From: an uncultured Chloroflexia bacterium
GTDB lineage: Bacteria > Chloroflexota > Chloroflexia > QHBQ01 > JADMIH01
Direction: 5' to 3'
NCBI GenBank assembly: GCA_963797095.1
Contig: CAWCNY010000004.1
Span: 224,001 to 288,000, forward strand
Length of the DNA: 64,000 bases
How positions within the stretch are numbered: position 1 is the stretch's first letter; each line of letters starts with the position of its first letter. Below, in pieces: positions 48,643-58,211 of this stretch. A program made the translations under genes and the position numbers. Below the pieces are notes generated by a model. That model saw nothing but the letters and a program-made list of their open reading frames with translations. It had not been told where the DNA came from and did no database searches.

Positions 48643-48744
48643 AATGATTCACCTCCTTGCCCGTACGGTATTTTGTCTCGTAAACTGGGAAGGCATTGTT
48701 GTGAGGAGTGACGAGTGACTAGTAGCGAGTGGCGAGTGGTGGCT

Positions 48745-49941
48745 ATGAGTTTGAGTTTGGGAGCTTATTTGCGGCCCGATATACATTTGTTGAGAAGTGT
48801 GATCGTCAATTCGATCACAGCAGGTGTGGCGCTTGGGCTTTTTCTGAACCGCAGGCGCAACCCTGAACTTGAGGCGGCGGTCTGGCCGGGTGTTGGCGAG
48901 GCACCTTTTGTCGAGATTATTATCCCAGCACGAGACGAAGAACGCAATATTGGACCGCTACTGGAGACGCTTTGCCGTCAGAAGTACCCCGGAGGGCGTT
49001 TTCGCGTGACTGTGGTTGACGATGGCTCGGTAGATGGCACAGCCGAGGTGGTACGGCGATTTGCGGTGCAAGATACTGAGGTGAGGCTGGTGGAAGCGCC
49101 TGAACTTCCGGAGGGGTGGACGGGTAAGAACCATGCTATGTATACGGGATATGCGGCATCTTCTTCTGACGCGAAGTACTTGCTGTTTGTTGATGCTGAC
49201 ACTCGACATCACCCATTGATGCTGGCCAGCGTTGTGCAGAGGGCGGAGGAAATGGGGGCGAATCTTCTGAGCCTGGTGATTCGGGTTGATATGGTAAGGT
49301 TCTGGGAACGGCTAATGGTGCCTCAAGTGGGCGAGCTTTACATGCTGTTGGTGGGCAGCATGGACAGCGTGAACCGGCCCAGGGGAAAAGGTGGCGCGGC
49401 AGCCAACGGCCAGTTCATGCTGATAAGGCGCGATGCGTATGGAGATGCAATCGCGCACGCCGAGGTGCGGAGAGACGTTGCAGAGGACCGGGCCATTGCC
49501 GCTGCCCTGAAGGGCAAGGGCGGTATAATTCGTTTGGAATATGGACGCAGGCTGGTGCGCGCACGCGTTTATTCTTCCTTCCGGGAGCTGTGGGAAGGGT
49601 ACTCCAAGACGATGTTTTGGGCGAGCGGGCATAGCACCATGCGGGCCCTCGCTATTGTGGCAGGTCTGTCGCTTTATGCGTATATGCCGCTCATATCGCT
49701 GGTTGGGGCGCTTGTGCGGCGCGAGCACGGGCATAGAGAGAGCGCGCTCCGGCATGCGCCGCTACAACTCTTGCCGATGTTGGCCGTGCGGGGTGCCGTT
49801 TGTCGGAGCGTAGGTGTGCCCATCCGGTATGCGGTGGCTTATCCGCTTGCTGTTGGCGTGGGGAACGCGATGCTGTTGTTTTCGCTGTACCGCGTCGTGT
49901 CCGGCAAGGGGGTGAGATGGAAAGGGAGAGTTTACCGCTGA
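48745..49941 (+). CDS. GT2 glycosyltransferase (CrtQ/HpnB-like, carotenoid/hopanoid glycosylation type)
   Basis: IIPARDEE, VDDGS.DGT, LPEGWTGK, FVDAD, ANGQ, AED, WKGR; start uncertain (48715/48745). Confidence 0.85.
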   Translation: MSLSLGAYLRPDIHLLRSVIVNSITAGVALGLFLNRRRNPELEAAVWPGVGEAPFVEIIIPARDEERNIGPLLETLCRQKYPGGRFRVTVVDDGSVDGTAEVVRRFAVQDTEVRLVEAPELPEGWTGKNHAMYTGYAASSSDAKYLLFVDADTRHHPLMLASVVQRAEEMGANLLSLVIRVDMVRFWERLMVPQVGELYMLLVGSMDSVNRPRGKGGAAANGQFMLIRRDAYGDAIAHAEVRRDVAEDRAIAAALKGKGGIIRLEYGRRLVRARVYSSFRELWEGYSKTMFWASGHSTMRALAIVAGLSLYAYMPLISLVGALVRREHGHRESALRHAPLQLLPMLAVRGAVCRSVGVPIRYAVAYPLAVGVGNAMLLFSLYRVVSGKGVRWKGRVYR

Positions 49942-50657
49942 TGTCGCGGTTTAGATCATGAACCATCCCGGTTGCTGTATTGGTGCGAAACGTATCTCGC
50001 TGAAAGCAGATCCTGGCGTTCCGATGTCAGAAGTGACTCTATCTTGCACGTCAGTTTGGTTCCTTCACATTAGTTCTATCGTCAGAAGCTAGCTGGAAGT
50101 CAGCCGCCTTTCGGCGTGGGGCAAATCTTGAAAAGAACCCCTATCCCGCGCATTACTGCGGGCCTTCGCTTGCTCCAGCGTCTTTTACCCGATGAGTAAT
50201 TCTGCCTTCCTTACGGTCGGCTTACTCCGCATGCCAAGTGGAGAACTCAACGGGCTTACCGTAGTTCCAGATGTTGAGATGCGTCCAGGGAAGGTCCTGC
50301 CTATGCTCCGGTGGGAGTGTGTCCTGTCATCGAGCAGCGACTGGATTTGCTCGACCACCCACTTACCATTTTGGTGAGAGTGTCTCAGCCTTATTGCACT
50401 CTTACAGGATGACGAAGCTTTAGATGGCAGTTCACTTGCGTTGACCTATCTGACTTCCCCTTGCGCATGACCAGGTTTAGGCTACCAGTCAGCGGCGCTT
50501 GCGTGGCCTGCATTCCACCAGGTTCATTGCTTACTACTGGAGTGGCCGGGGTCAGAGACCCTTTTACGTGGGGACAGTGGGACAGAATCCACTGAGAGAG
50601 GGCTAACTCTCCACTCGATGGAGTTACCTCCTTACATCTAGCTTAGCTACGTCGCAC
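49942..50657 (-). ncRNA. Truncated group II intron (domains I-IV start; RT ORF, DV and DVI missing)
   Basis: Starts GTGCGAC exactly after transposase codons ATT GAC TGG; EBS1 CCAGTC in a hairpin loop (50339-50344) pairs with IBS1 GACTGG; GNRA-type hairpins (CCGTAAGG, GCCGAAAGGC). Confidence 0.85.
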
Positions 50658-51109
50658 CCAGTCAATCCGGCTGCGAACAGCGTCGGCAGCCTGGCGGTCG
50701 GTGAGGTTCTCTATGAACTGCATGATCAGCACAAGAGCCAGTCGGGTAGGGCAATGGGCAGGTTGGCCACGTTGGGGAAACAACTGGGCAAAGAGGGGGT
50801 CGGAGTAGATAGAGCCGAGTTGCTCATAGATACGCATGTACAGATTGCCCTTAGGAAGAGCGGAATGCGCCACACGTTCAGTCTCTTCAGGGATCTGGTA
50901 CACGATCAGCGGGTGCAAGCACATGGCAAGTTCCTCCTCTTTCAGCGGACAAGCTATAGGTCAGCGGACGAGCCACAGGGGAGGGTGAAAAGGTACAAGG
51001 GGTCAATGCAACCTCAATTGTACAGGTGCAAGGAGGCTGTGAAAAGGCGAGCTTGATGATTGCTCTTTGGGAGGAGAAACCTTCTGAATGACAATTCGCC
51101 AACGGCATC
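50658..51109 (-). mobile_element. IS1182-family 5' fragment (transposase 50658-50924 plus probable left end)
   Basis: IPEET.RVA...PKG..Y....LG.IY.D..F..LF..RGQPA..P.RLALV...QF.ENLTDRQAADAVRSRIDW; GATGCCGTTGGCGAA end-like sequence at 51095-51109. Confidence 0.85.
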
Positions 51110-51307
51110 TATCAATTCATAGGCGAAGATCGGCGAAGTGGTGGCATGGGTGTTCAACAAAGTAATGGAGGGCTATCGTGTAAAGTAACCGGAAGATCTA
51201 TAGGGAACCATGAACTTGACCGGGCTCAATAGCATAGCCCAGGGGTACAAAGTGAAATGCCTACAGAGTTCTAGGAGTTTCAGGAATAATATGTGGAACC
51301 CTAAAGC

Positions 51308-51814
51308 TTAACTGGATTTTATTTCGGCGCGCCAGAGCATCCTACGGGAGATCGTTTGATACCCCAGCGCCTCATATAGATGGCGCGCGTCCGTGTTAAA
51401 TTCCCAAACAACTAACTCCACCTCTCGCACACTACGCTCGAGTGTCCAGACATGTATATGCTGCATAAGTGCACGTCCTATTCCTCGGCCACGAGCATTG
51501 GCAAGAACACCCACCAAATGGACCTTAGCATAGCTCCGAGGTACATACATATCATCCTCTGGTGAGCGCTCAATACTCACGATTGCGCAACCTACAATAC
51601 TGGTAGCTATCTCTGCAACGAGCACTGTGCTTCCTGGCTGAGTAATAATCTCAAGAAACCTTTGTGGAGAGAGTGCAAGAACCGGTCCTTGGGTGAAGCG
51701 TTCGGGTAGCGGGGTAACGTGGTGCGCTAATACGGACTCATATATAGGGGCAACTGTTTCATAGTCTTCAGGCGTTGCTGTTCTAATGACGTAGTTCGAC
51801 TTTGACTGGGTCAT
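51308..51814 (-). CDS. GNAT acetyltransferase (lower GC)
   Basis: IRTATPED, V...ARGRGIGRALM, VWEFN.DA..LYE.LGY; start 51814 or 51892. Confidence 0.85.
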   Translation of the reverse strand: MTQSKSNYVIRTATPEDYETVAPIYESVLAHHVTPLPERFTQGPVLALSPQRFLEIITQPGSTVLVAEIATSIVGCAIVSIERSPEDDMYVPRSYAKVHLVGVLANARGRGIGRALMQHIHVWTLERSVREVELVVWEFNTDARHLYEALGYQTISRRMLWRAEIKSS

Positions 51815-52041
51815 TACGTTAACTCCCACACTTTCACCATAGAAGTCATGGACCGATCTCATTGCTTCCGTTTTGGTCAAGGCTTTTGGCATGGTGATAG
51901 CTCGTCACCCATCTGACCGAGTAAGTGTGCCGCATGGATGTCTTATCGGGCACGCCAGGGGATGCACTGCTGCAATTCCTATCCCCATCGAATGTCGATC
52001 CGGGCCCAATATACCATACTCCCCAAGGAATCACTTACCAG

Positions 52042-53200
52042 CTCACCTTACGCAGCCGAGGGGCTGCATGGTAGACTAAAGGGATGACGAACAAGGAACT
52101 GCTTGATCTGTGCACTGACTACCTGATAAGCTCTTCTGGCCAGACCACAGGCACGGGCTTGAGTGCATTGCTGGGTGGGAGCGTCAGCCATGACCGCATT
52201 CAACGCTTCCTCTCCAAGGGAGAGTTCACCTCCGCTGATCTGTGGCATTTTGTCAAGCCTCATGTGCGAGCCGTTGAACAGGAAGAGGGGTGCATCATCG
52301 TGGACGACTCCATCTCCGAGAAGCCATACACCGATGAGAACGACATCATCGCCTGGCATTATGACCACTCCAAAGGCACTAAGGCACTAAGGCACTACCG
52401 TAAAGGGCATAAATGTCCTCTCGGCCTTGTACCATGTGCCCCAGTTGGAGGTATCGTTGCCTGTTGGTTTTCGGTTGGTAAGAAAGACTGAGCAGTATGT
52501 GGACCCTAAAGACGGCAAGACCAAGCGGCGCGATCGGGTCAGCAAGAACGAGCACTATCAGGCGTTGTTGCGGCAAGCTAAGCACAACGGAGTGCTGTTC
52601 CGCTTCGTGCTCAACTTCGTGCTCAACGATGTGTGGTATGCCTCGGCTGACAACATGCGCTTCGTCAAGACAGAGTTGGAGCGGGACTTCATCATGCCCC
52701 TCAAGACCAACCGCAAGGTAGCTCTGAGTGAGGGGGACAAGAGGCAGGGTCGGTACATGCGTGTGGACAGTGTGCCGCTAGACGGGTGAGGTGCGGACGG
52801 TCTATCTTGAAGGAGTAGACTTCCCCTTGGCACTGTGTAAGCAACTCTTCGTAAACGAAGATGGTAGCCAAGCCACCCAGTATCTGGTGTGCTCGGATGT
52901 GACATGCACCCTCGACCACCGCCAAATCACCACAATCTATCAGAGACGGTGGAACGTGGAAGAGTACCACAAATCGCTCAAGCAGAACGCCTCTTTGGAG
53001 CGCTCGCCGACCAAACGGTGTGCACCCAGACCAACCATCTGTTTGCCTCTTTGTGTGGCTATGTCAAACTTGAACTGTTGAAAGTGTCCAACCATCTCAA
53101 CCACTTTGCTGTCAAGAGCGCTATCTACTTGCGTGCCATGCAGGTTGCCTTCGATGCCTTCCGTCGCCTCCAACCTGTTCGCCTGGCTGCGTAAGGTGAG
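52042..53200 (+). mobile_element. IS701-like element with intact ends and a frameshifted transposase (52084-53194)
   Basis: Perfect 16-bp IR CTCACCTTACGCAGCC / GGCTGCGTAAGGTGAG; TTACCAG direct repeat on both sides; SHDRIQRFL, IVDDS..EKPYTDEN, DVWY, YQRRWNVEEYHKSLKQ spread over 4 ORF segments. Confidence 0.88.
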
Positions 53201-53599
53201 TTACCAGAAATTGTAATTGCTTATTTACCTTCAGCATCAGGCAAATGTGGTTATCCCGGTGGTCCACCTTGCCCTGCACAACCCTGGCCATAGATATGCG
53301 TAATACGAAATCTGATCGTGATCTCCCTTTACGTGATCTCCCTTTATTTGAGGACAAGAATGTTTGTGAGACACATTCATCGAAACCGCTTTGCACCCCT
53401 TGGTCTCTTGATTGGTGCTGTTGGGGTACTCACCCTTGTTAGCTGTGGTGGAGCACTCCCGCCCTTACTTGCCACCGGTTTTGAATGGCCTCGTACAAGG
53501 CAATCGTAAGCAAAGCACAACCAATACAACCAAAAGGAAAAGGGTGCATTGGGACCCAAACCCCTACTGCACCCTATTTCCCATACCCACCACCCAATA

Positions 53600-53727
53600 A
53601 GCAATACGAAATACGCAGTACGCAATACGCAATCCCAACGTCCCTTTGTGCCCTTCGTCCTCCTTCGCCTCTTCGTGAACCAAAACCCGGAACAACCTCA
53701 GCGCTCTCTGCGTCTCTGCGGTGAAAC
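53600..53727 (-). repeat. Composite short repeats (GCAATAC x5; CTTCGT units; CTCTCTGCGTCTCTGCGGTG)
   Basis: Direct reading; inverted counterpart of 3741-3860. Confidence 0.7.
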
Positions 53728-53736
53728 AAATTGGAT

Positions 53737-54528
53737 CTACTTCCGGAACAAACTCTTAATAGCGTAAATATTCACCTGCCGGTTCATCTCAGCAATCAAC
53801 TCCGTCAGCGGTATCCCCTTCGGGCACACCCGCACGCAGTTCTGGTCGTTCCCGCAATAAGCGATCCCGCCCTCGCCCAGCAGCGCCTCCAGCCTCTCCT
53901 CCGCGTGCATCTGCCCCGTTGGGTGACTGTTGTGCAGCCTCGCCTGGTTGATAGCCGCGGGCCCAATAAACGGCAAATCCTCGTTGAAGTTCGGGCAAGC
54001 CTCCATACAAGCCGTACACGCCATGCACGTGCTCAGCACATACGACACCTGCCGGTCGCTCTCGTTCATCTTCGGCCCCGGCCCCAGGTCATAAGTCCCA
54101 TCTATAGGCACCCACGCCCTCACCCGCTTGAACGCCTCGAACACCCGCGTCCTATCCACGATCAAATCCCTCACCACCGGGAACGAAGTCAGCGGCTCGA
54201 TAGTAATGGGCTGCGCCAGCTTATCCACCAGCGCCGAGCAAGCCTGCCTCACCTTGCTGTTGATCACCATAGTGCAGGCCCCGCACACCTCTTCCAGGCA
54301 GTTGCTCTCCCACACCACCGCATCCGTCGCCTTTCCCTCAGCCGTCACCGGGTTCCGCTGGATCGCCATCAAGCACCCGATCACATTCATCCCCGGTCGC
54401 CACTCAATCTCGAACTCCTCCCACCGCTGGTTCATATCAGGCTCGCCCTTCGGCTTGTCCTGCCTCAAAATCCTGACCCGTATCGTCCGCGTGGCCTTCC
54501 CGCTCGCGCTCTCAGTAGATGATTGCAT
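53737..54528 (-). CDS. sdhB: Succinate dehydrogenase iron-sulfur subunit
   Basis: CLEEVCGAC...QAC, CMACTACMEACP, CGNDQNCVRVCP. Confidence 0.95.
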   Translation of the reverse strand: MQSSTESASGKATRTIRVRILRQDKPKGEPDMNQRWEEFEIEWRPGMNVIGCLMAIQRNPVTAEGKATDAVVWESNCLEEVCGACTMVINSKVRQACSALVDKLAQPITIEPLTSFPVVRDLIVDRTRVFEAFKRVRAWVPIDGTYDLGPGPKMNESDRQVSYVLSTCMACTACMEACPNFNEDLPFIGPAAINQARLHNSHPTGQMHAEERLEALLGEGGIAYCGNDQNCVRVCPKGIPLTELIAEMNRQVNIYAIKSLFRK

Positions 54529-54538
54529 GGTCGCTCCC

Positions 54539-56365
54539 CTACCCTTCCTTCCGAGCAGCCGTAGATGTCGCGCTCTCGCCGGCTGGCTTGGCGGGTGTTG
54601 TTGCCTCCGCCTTATCCACATCATACCGTCTCGGCCTCGGCTTGATGTACTGAATGTCCACGTCCTCGTACGAAATCTCGGGCGCGGCTTCCGGCCCTTC
54701 ATATCTCGCCAGCGTCGTCTTCAAGAACCGCCCATCATCCCTCTCAGGGAAGTCCGGCTTATAGTGCGCTCCCCGGCTCTCGTCCCGCAGCAGCGCCCCG
54801 ATTGTGACCACCCGCGCCAGCACCAGCATATTCCACAACTGCCGCGTGAAGAACAACGCCTGGTTGCTCCACCCCGAATGGTCCGGCACTCCCACGTTCT
54901 TGTAGCGCGTCATAAGCTCCTGCAACTTCGCATCCGTCTCGCGCAGCCTGTCGTTGTACCTCACCACCGTCACGTTGTCCGTCATCATATTGCCCATCTC
55001 AAGCCACAGCGAATACGGGTTCTCCTTACCGTCCGCCTTCACCACCCCTTCATACCGCTCCGTCTGCCGCGCCACCTCTCGCCTGAACGGCTCCTCGCCC
55101 ACCGACCCCGCCGACTTCGCGCTGTTCTGCGCATAGCTGATCGCCGCAGGCCCCGCGATGTACAACCCACCATGTATGCACGACAGCAGCGAGTTAGCCC
55201 CAAGCCTGTTCGCCCCGTGGTAGTTGTAATCCACCTCCCCCGCCGCGAACAGCCCCGGTATGCTCGTCATGTTGGTAAACTGGTCGGTCCACAGCCCGCC
55301 CATGCTGTAGTGCACCCCAGGGAAAATGCGCATCGGCACCTTGGTCGGGTCATCCCCCACGAACTTCCGGTAGATCTCGATCACCCCTCCAAGCTTCACT
55401 TCCAGCATGTGCGGGTCCAGGTGCGATATGTCAAGGAACACCTGGTTCTGCCCGTCCACCCCCAGCTTCTGCCTCACGCACACGTCGAAGATCGCCCGCG
55501 TGGCGATGTCTCGCGGCACCAGGTTCCCGTAGGCAGGATACATCTCCTCAAGGAAGTACCAGGGCTTGCCGTCCTTGTAGGTCCAAACGCGCCCACCCTC
55601 GCCCCTGATCAACTCCGACATCAGCCGCAGCTTGTCCTCGCCCGGTATCGCCGTCGGGTGCACCTGTATGAACTCCCCGTTAGCGTACAACGCCCCCTGC
55701 TGGTACACAGCCGAGGCCGCCGTCCCCGTGTTGATCATCGAGTTGGTCGACCGTCCGAAGATCAGCCCCGGCCCGCCCGTAGCCAGGATCACCGCATCCG
55801 CCTTGAACGCCCTGATCTCCATAGTCTTCATATCCTGCGCCACGATCCCCCGGCAGATGTTGTCGTCGTCCAGCGCCGCCGACAGGAACTCCCAGTTCTC
55901 GAACTTGCGCACCTTGTCCTCGACCTCATATCGCCTAACCTGCTCGTCCAGCGCATACAGCAGTTGCTGTCCGGTCGTCGCTCCCGCATAGGCCGTCCTG
56001 TGGTGCAGCGTCCCACCAAATCTCCTGAAATCGAGGTTCCCCTCAGGCGTCCGGTTGAACATCACCCCCATACGGTCCAGCATGAAGATGATCCCCGGCC
56101 CCTTCTCGCACATGTCCTTCACGATCGACTGGTTAGCCAGGAAGTCGCCGCCATAGATCGTATCGTCAAAGTGGATCGTGGGCGAATCGCCTTCCCCCTT
56201 GGTGTTCACCGCAGCGTTGATTCCACCCTGCGCGCACACCGAGTGCGACCGCCGCACAGGCACAATCGAGAAGAGGTCAACGTCCACCCCCTTCTCAGCG
56301 ATCTTGATAGTAGCCGCCAATCCGGCCAACCCACCGCCAACAACGATAACCTTAGGACCGGCCAT
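54539..56365 (-). CDS. sdhA: Succinate dehydrogenase flavoprotein subunit
   Basis: VGGGLAG, RSHSVCAQGG, FIQVHPT, HYSMGG, HGANRLGANSL, ESRGAH. Confidence 0.97.
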   Translation of the reverse strand: MAGPKVIVVGGGLAGLAATIKIAEKGVDVDLFSIVPVRRSHSVCAQGGINAAVNTKGEGDSPTIHFDDTIYGGDFLANQSIVKDMCEKGPGIIFMLDRMGVMFNRTPEGNLDFRRFGGTLHHRTAYAGATTGQQLLYALDEQVRRYEVEDKVRKFENWEFLSAALDDDNICRGIVAQDMKTMEIRAFKADAVILATGGPGLIFGRSTNSMINTGTAASAVYQQGALYANGEFIQVHPTAIPGEDKLRLMSELIRGEGGRVWTYKDGKPWYFLEEMYPAYGNLVPRDIATRAIFDVCVRQKLGVDGQNQVFLDISHLDPHMLEVKLGGVIEIYRKFVGDDPTKVPMRIFPGVHYSMGGLWTDQFTNMTSIPGLFAAGEVDYNYHGANRLGANSLLSCIHGGLYIAGPAAISYAQNSAKSAGSVGEEPFRREVARQTERYEGVVKADGKENPYSLWLEMGNMMTDNVTVVRYNDRLRETDAKLQELMTRYKNVGVPDHSGWSNQALFFTRQLWNMLVLARVVTIGALLRDESRGAHYKPDFPERDDGRFLKTTLARYEGPEAAPEISYEDVDIQYIKPRPRRYDVDKAEATTPAKPAGESATSTAARKEG

Positions 56366-56400
56366 ATATGCTCCTTAATTTGGACCTGGTGAAGTCCAAC

Positions 56401-57105
56401 TTACCTGAACCACCATACCAACCCGCCTGCCTGCACCACGAACGCAATCGCGATAGCCACACCCACCAAACTTACGAGAATCGAAATAGCCGTAGTGATA
56501 TACTGTGAGATCTGCTGTGCCCGCTTCCCAATAGTGATCCCCCATGTGATCAGGAAGGTCCAGATTCCGTTCCCCAGGTGGAATCCAGCCGACACAACAC
56601 CAATGATGTAGAACACGAATACAGGGAACTGCGATATCACGAACGCAACCGAATCAGTGTCCGAGTGCACGCTCCTGAAAGCCGTAAATCTGAAGCTCCA
56701 GACGTGATACAGGATGAACAGGAAGAGCACTATGCCCGTAAACCGCTGCCACATGAACAGGTTGTTGCGCCCGTAGTTGTACGACATAGTGTTGTTCCGC
56801 GCATATGATGCAATGAACAGGCCATACAGCGCATGGTAGAGTAGCGGTATGAAGATTACGGCTATCTCAAGCAGTTCAAGATAGCGGATATCCCTCGCCT
56901 CAGTCGCCATCGTGTCATAAGCCTGCGCGCCGTAGAAGATAGCTCCATTCTCATAGAAGTGGAACAACAAAAAGCCGCCAACAGGCACAATACCGGATAG
57001 TGAATGGAGGCGGCGTAAGACGAAGTGGTTGCGCTCGATCCAACGCTGAAAGCCGCTCTTGGCTGGCTGGTCGGTGCGCGGTGAGGGGGCAGTTGCAGTT
57101 GCCAA
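56401..57105 (-). CDS. sdhC: Succinate dehydrogenase cytochrome b558 (Bacillus-type, 5 TM, di-heme)
   Basis: RRLHSLSG, YHALYG, QRFTG, YHVW, FHLGNG..F.ITWG; AGGAGG RBS. Confidence 0.93.
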   Translation of the reverse strand: MATATAPSPRTDQPAKSGFQRWIERNHFVLRRLHSLSGIVPVGGFLLFHFYENGAIFYGAQAYDTMATEARDIRYLELLEIAVIFIPLLYHALYGLFIASYARNNTMSYNYGRNNLFMWQRFTGIVLFLFILYHVWSFRFTAFRSVHSDTDSVAFVISQFPVFVFYIIGVVSAGFHLGNGIWTFLITWGITIGKRAQQISQYITTAISILVSLVGVAIAIAFVVQAGGLVWWFR

Positions 57106-57216
57106 TCGATGGCCTCCTGAAAATGGGCGATCCCGCTATCGCCGTGTTGAGCCACGCGTGCTGAATACGCACGCTCATAGTAATTGTACATCAAACCGCC
57201 CGATTTGAGAAGGAAC

Positions 57217-58184
57217 TCAACGACCGCGACCTCCCCACAACGGCACAAGGCAAGGCCGCATCACAGGACCATTCCTCGCTGGCAGACATTCTCCGTATGT
57301 ATCGACTATGTAGCCGTTGCTGTTGATGAACTTGTACGCGATAGTCTGATTCGTCGCTTCCACCAGCATCGCGCCATTGTCTGCGTTGTACCTGGCCCTG
57401 CTTCCGGTAATGGGCGTGTGAAAGCCGTACAGCCTGTTACCCCCGCTCCATTCACGAAGTAAGGCAGACCATCGACTAATATTCGTTCGTAATCGGGGTC
57501 ATGCCCGCTCATCACCACCGAAGCGCCCCACTCGGCAAAAGGCCACTGCATCGTCGCGTTATTCCCGTGGTCACCCGAAGAGTACGCAGCCTCGTGAAAG
57601 TAAACCACTCGCCGGGGCGATCCGGAAGTCGCGAGTTGCATCTGGAGCCACTGCCCTTGCGCAGAACCGGCAGTATTCCCGTCGGGTTCCTGCTCATCGC
57701 TATCCAGAGCAAAGAAGTCCACAGATCCGCGCACAAATTCGTAGTAGCGTTCGTTGCCCGGCGGCGTGAAGTAGTCTAAATAAGGCGAGGCCCTATCACT
57801 ATCCCAATCGTGATTCCCCAGTGACGGGAAGAACCGGTTCACATCCGCTCCACGCCCATATTGCCCCCTATAAGGCGCAATGAACTCATGGTAAAACTGC
57901 CCGATGTTTTCGTCAATCGTAGAAGCTGCGCCATCTGGATAGTTGTTGTCCCCCAGCGCAATCACAAGATCAGGGTCCCATGACTTCACCAGCGCCGCCA
58001 CCTTGGCCTCAGGGTTGTCAGCAATCCCGTAATCACCTATGACGGCAAACCGTAGCGCATCCGATTGACCAATCGCACCCTGAGGCGTATTGGCAAGGAA
58101 GAATACGCTTATGAGCAGCGCCAACAGCAGTTCGGCACAAACGACCACAGGTCGACATCGCTTGTGGTCGAGACATGACAGCAT
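57217..58184 (-). pseudogene. Secreted metallophosphoesterase (acid phosphatase-like), frameshifted
   Basis: GDYG, GDNNY and GNHD motifs; GHDH changed to GHDP; -1 shift in a G5 run at 57440-57444 hides the family-like tail RYNADNGAMLVEA...YKFIN. Confidence 0.75.
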
Positions 58185-58211
58185 AGTGTTGGGGTTAAGT
58201 AGTCCAGCCGA

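Noticed and set aside
47836-48711. 291-aa plus-strand ORF
   Set aside because: Antisense to the Rad52-like gene and the small basic ORF, both of which have RBS/promoter support
53285-53315. Candidate dif site near the skew switch
   Set aside because: No credible XerD arm (TTATGTTAAAT-like) by eye
53731-56392. Long plus-strand ORFs (263 and 754 aa)
   Set aside because: Antisense shadows of sdhB/sdhA caused by biased codon usage; Arg/Pro/His-rich with no motifs
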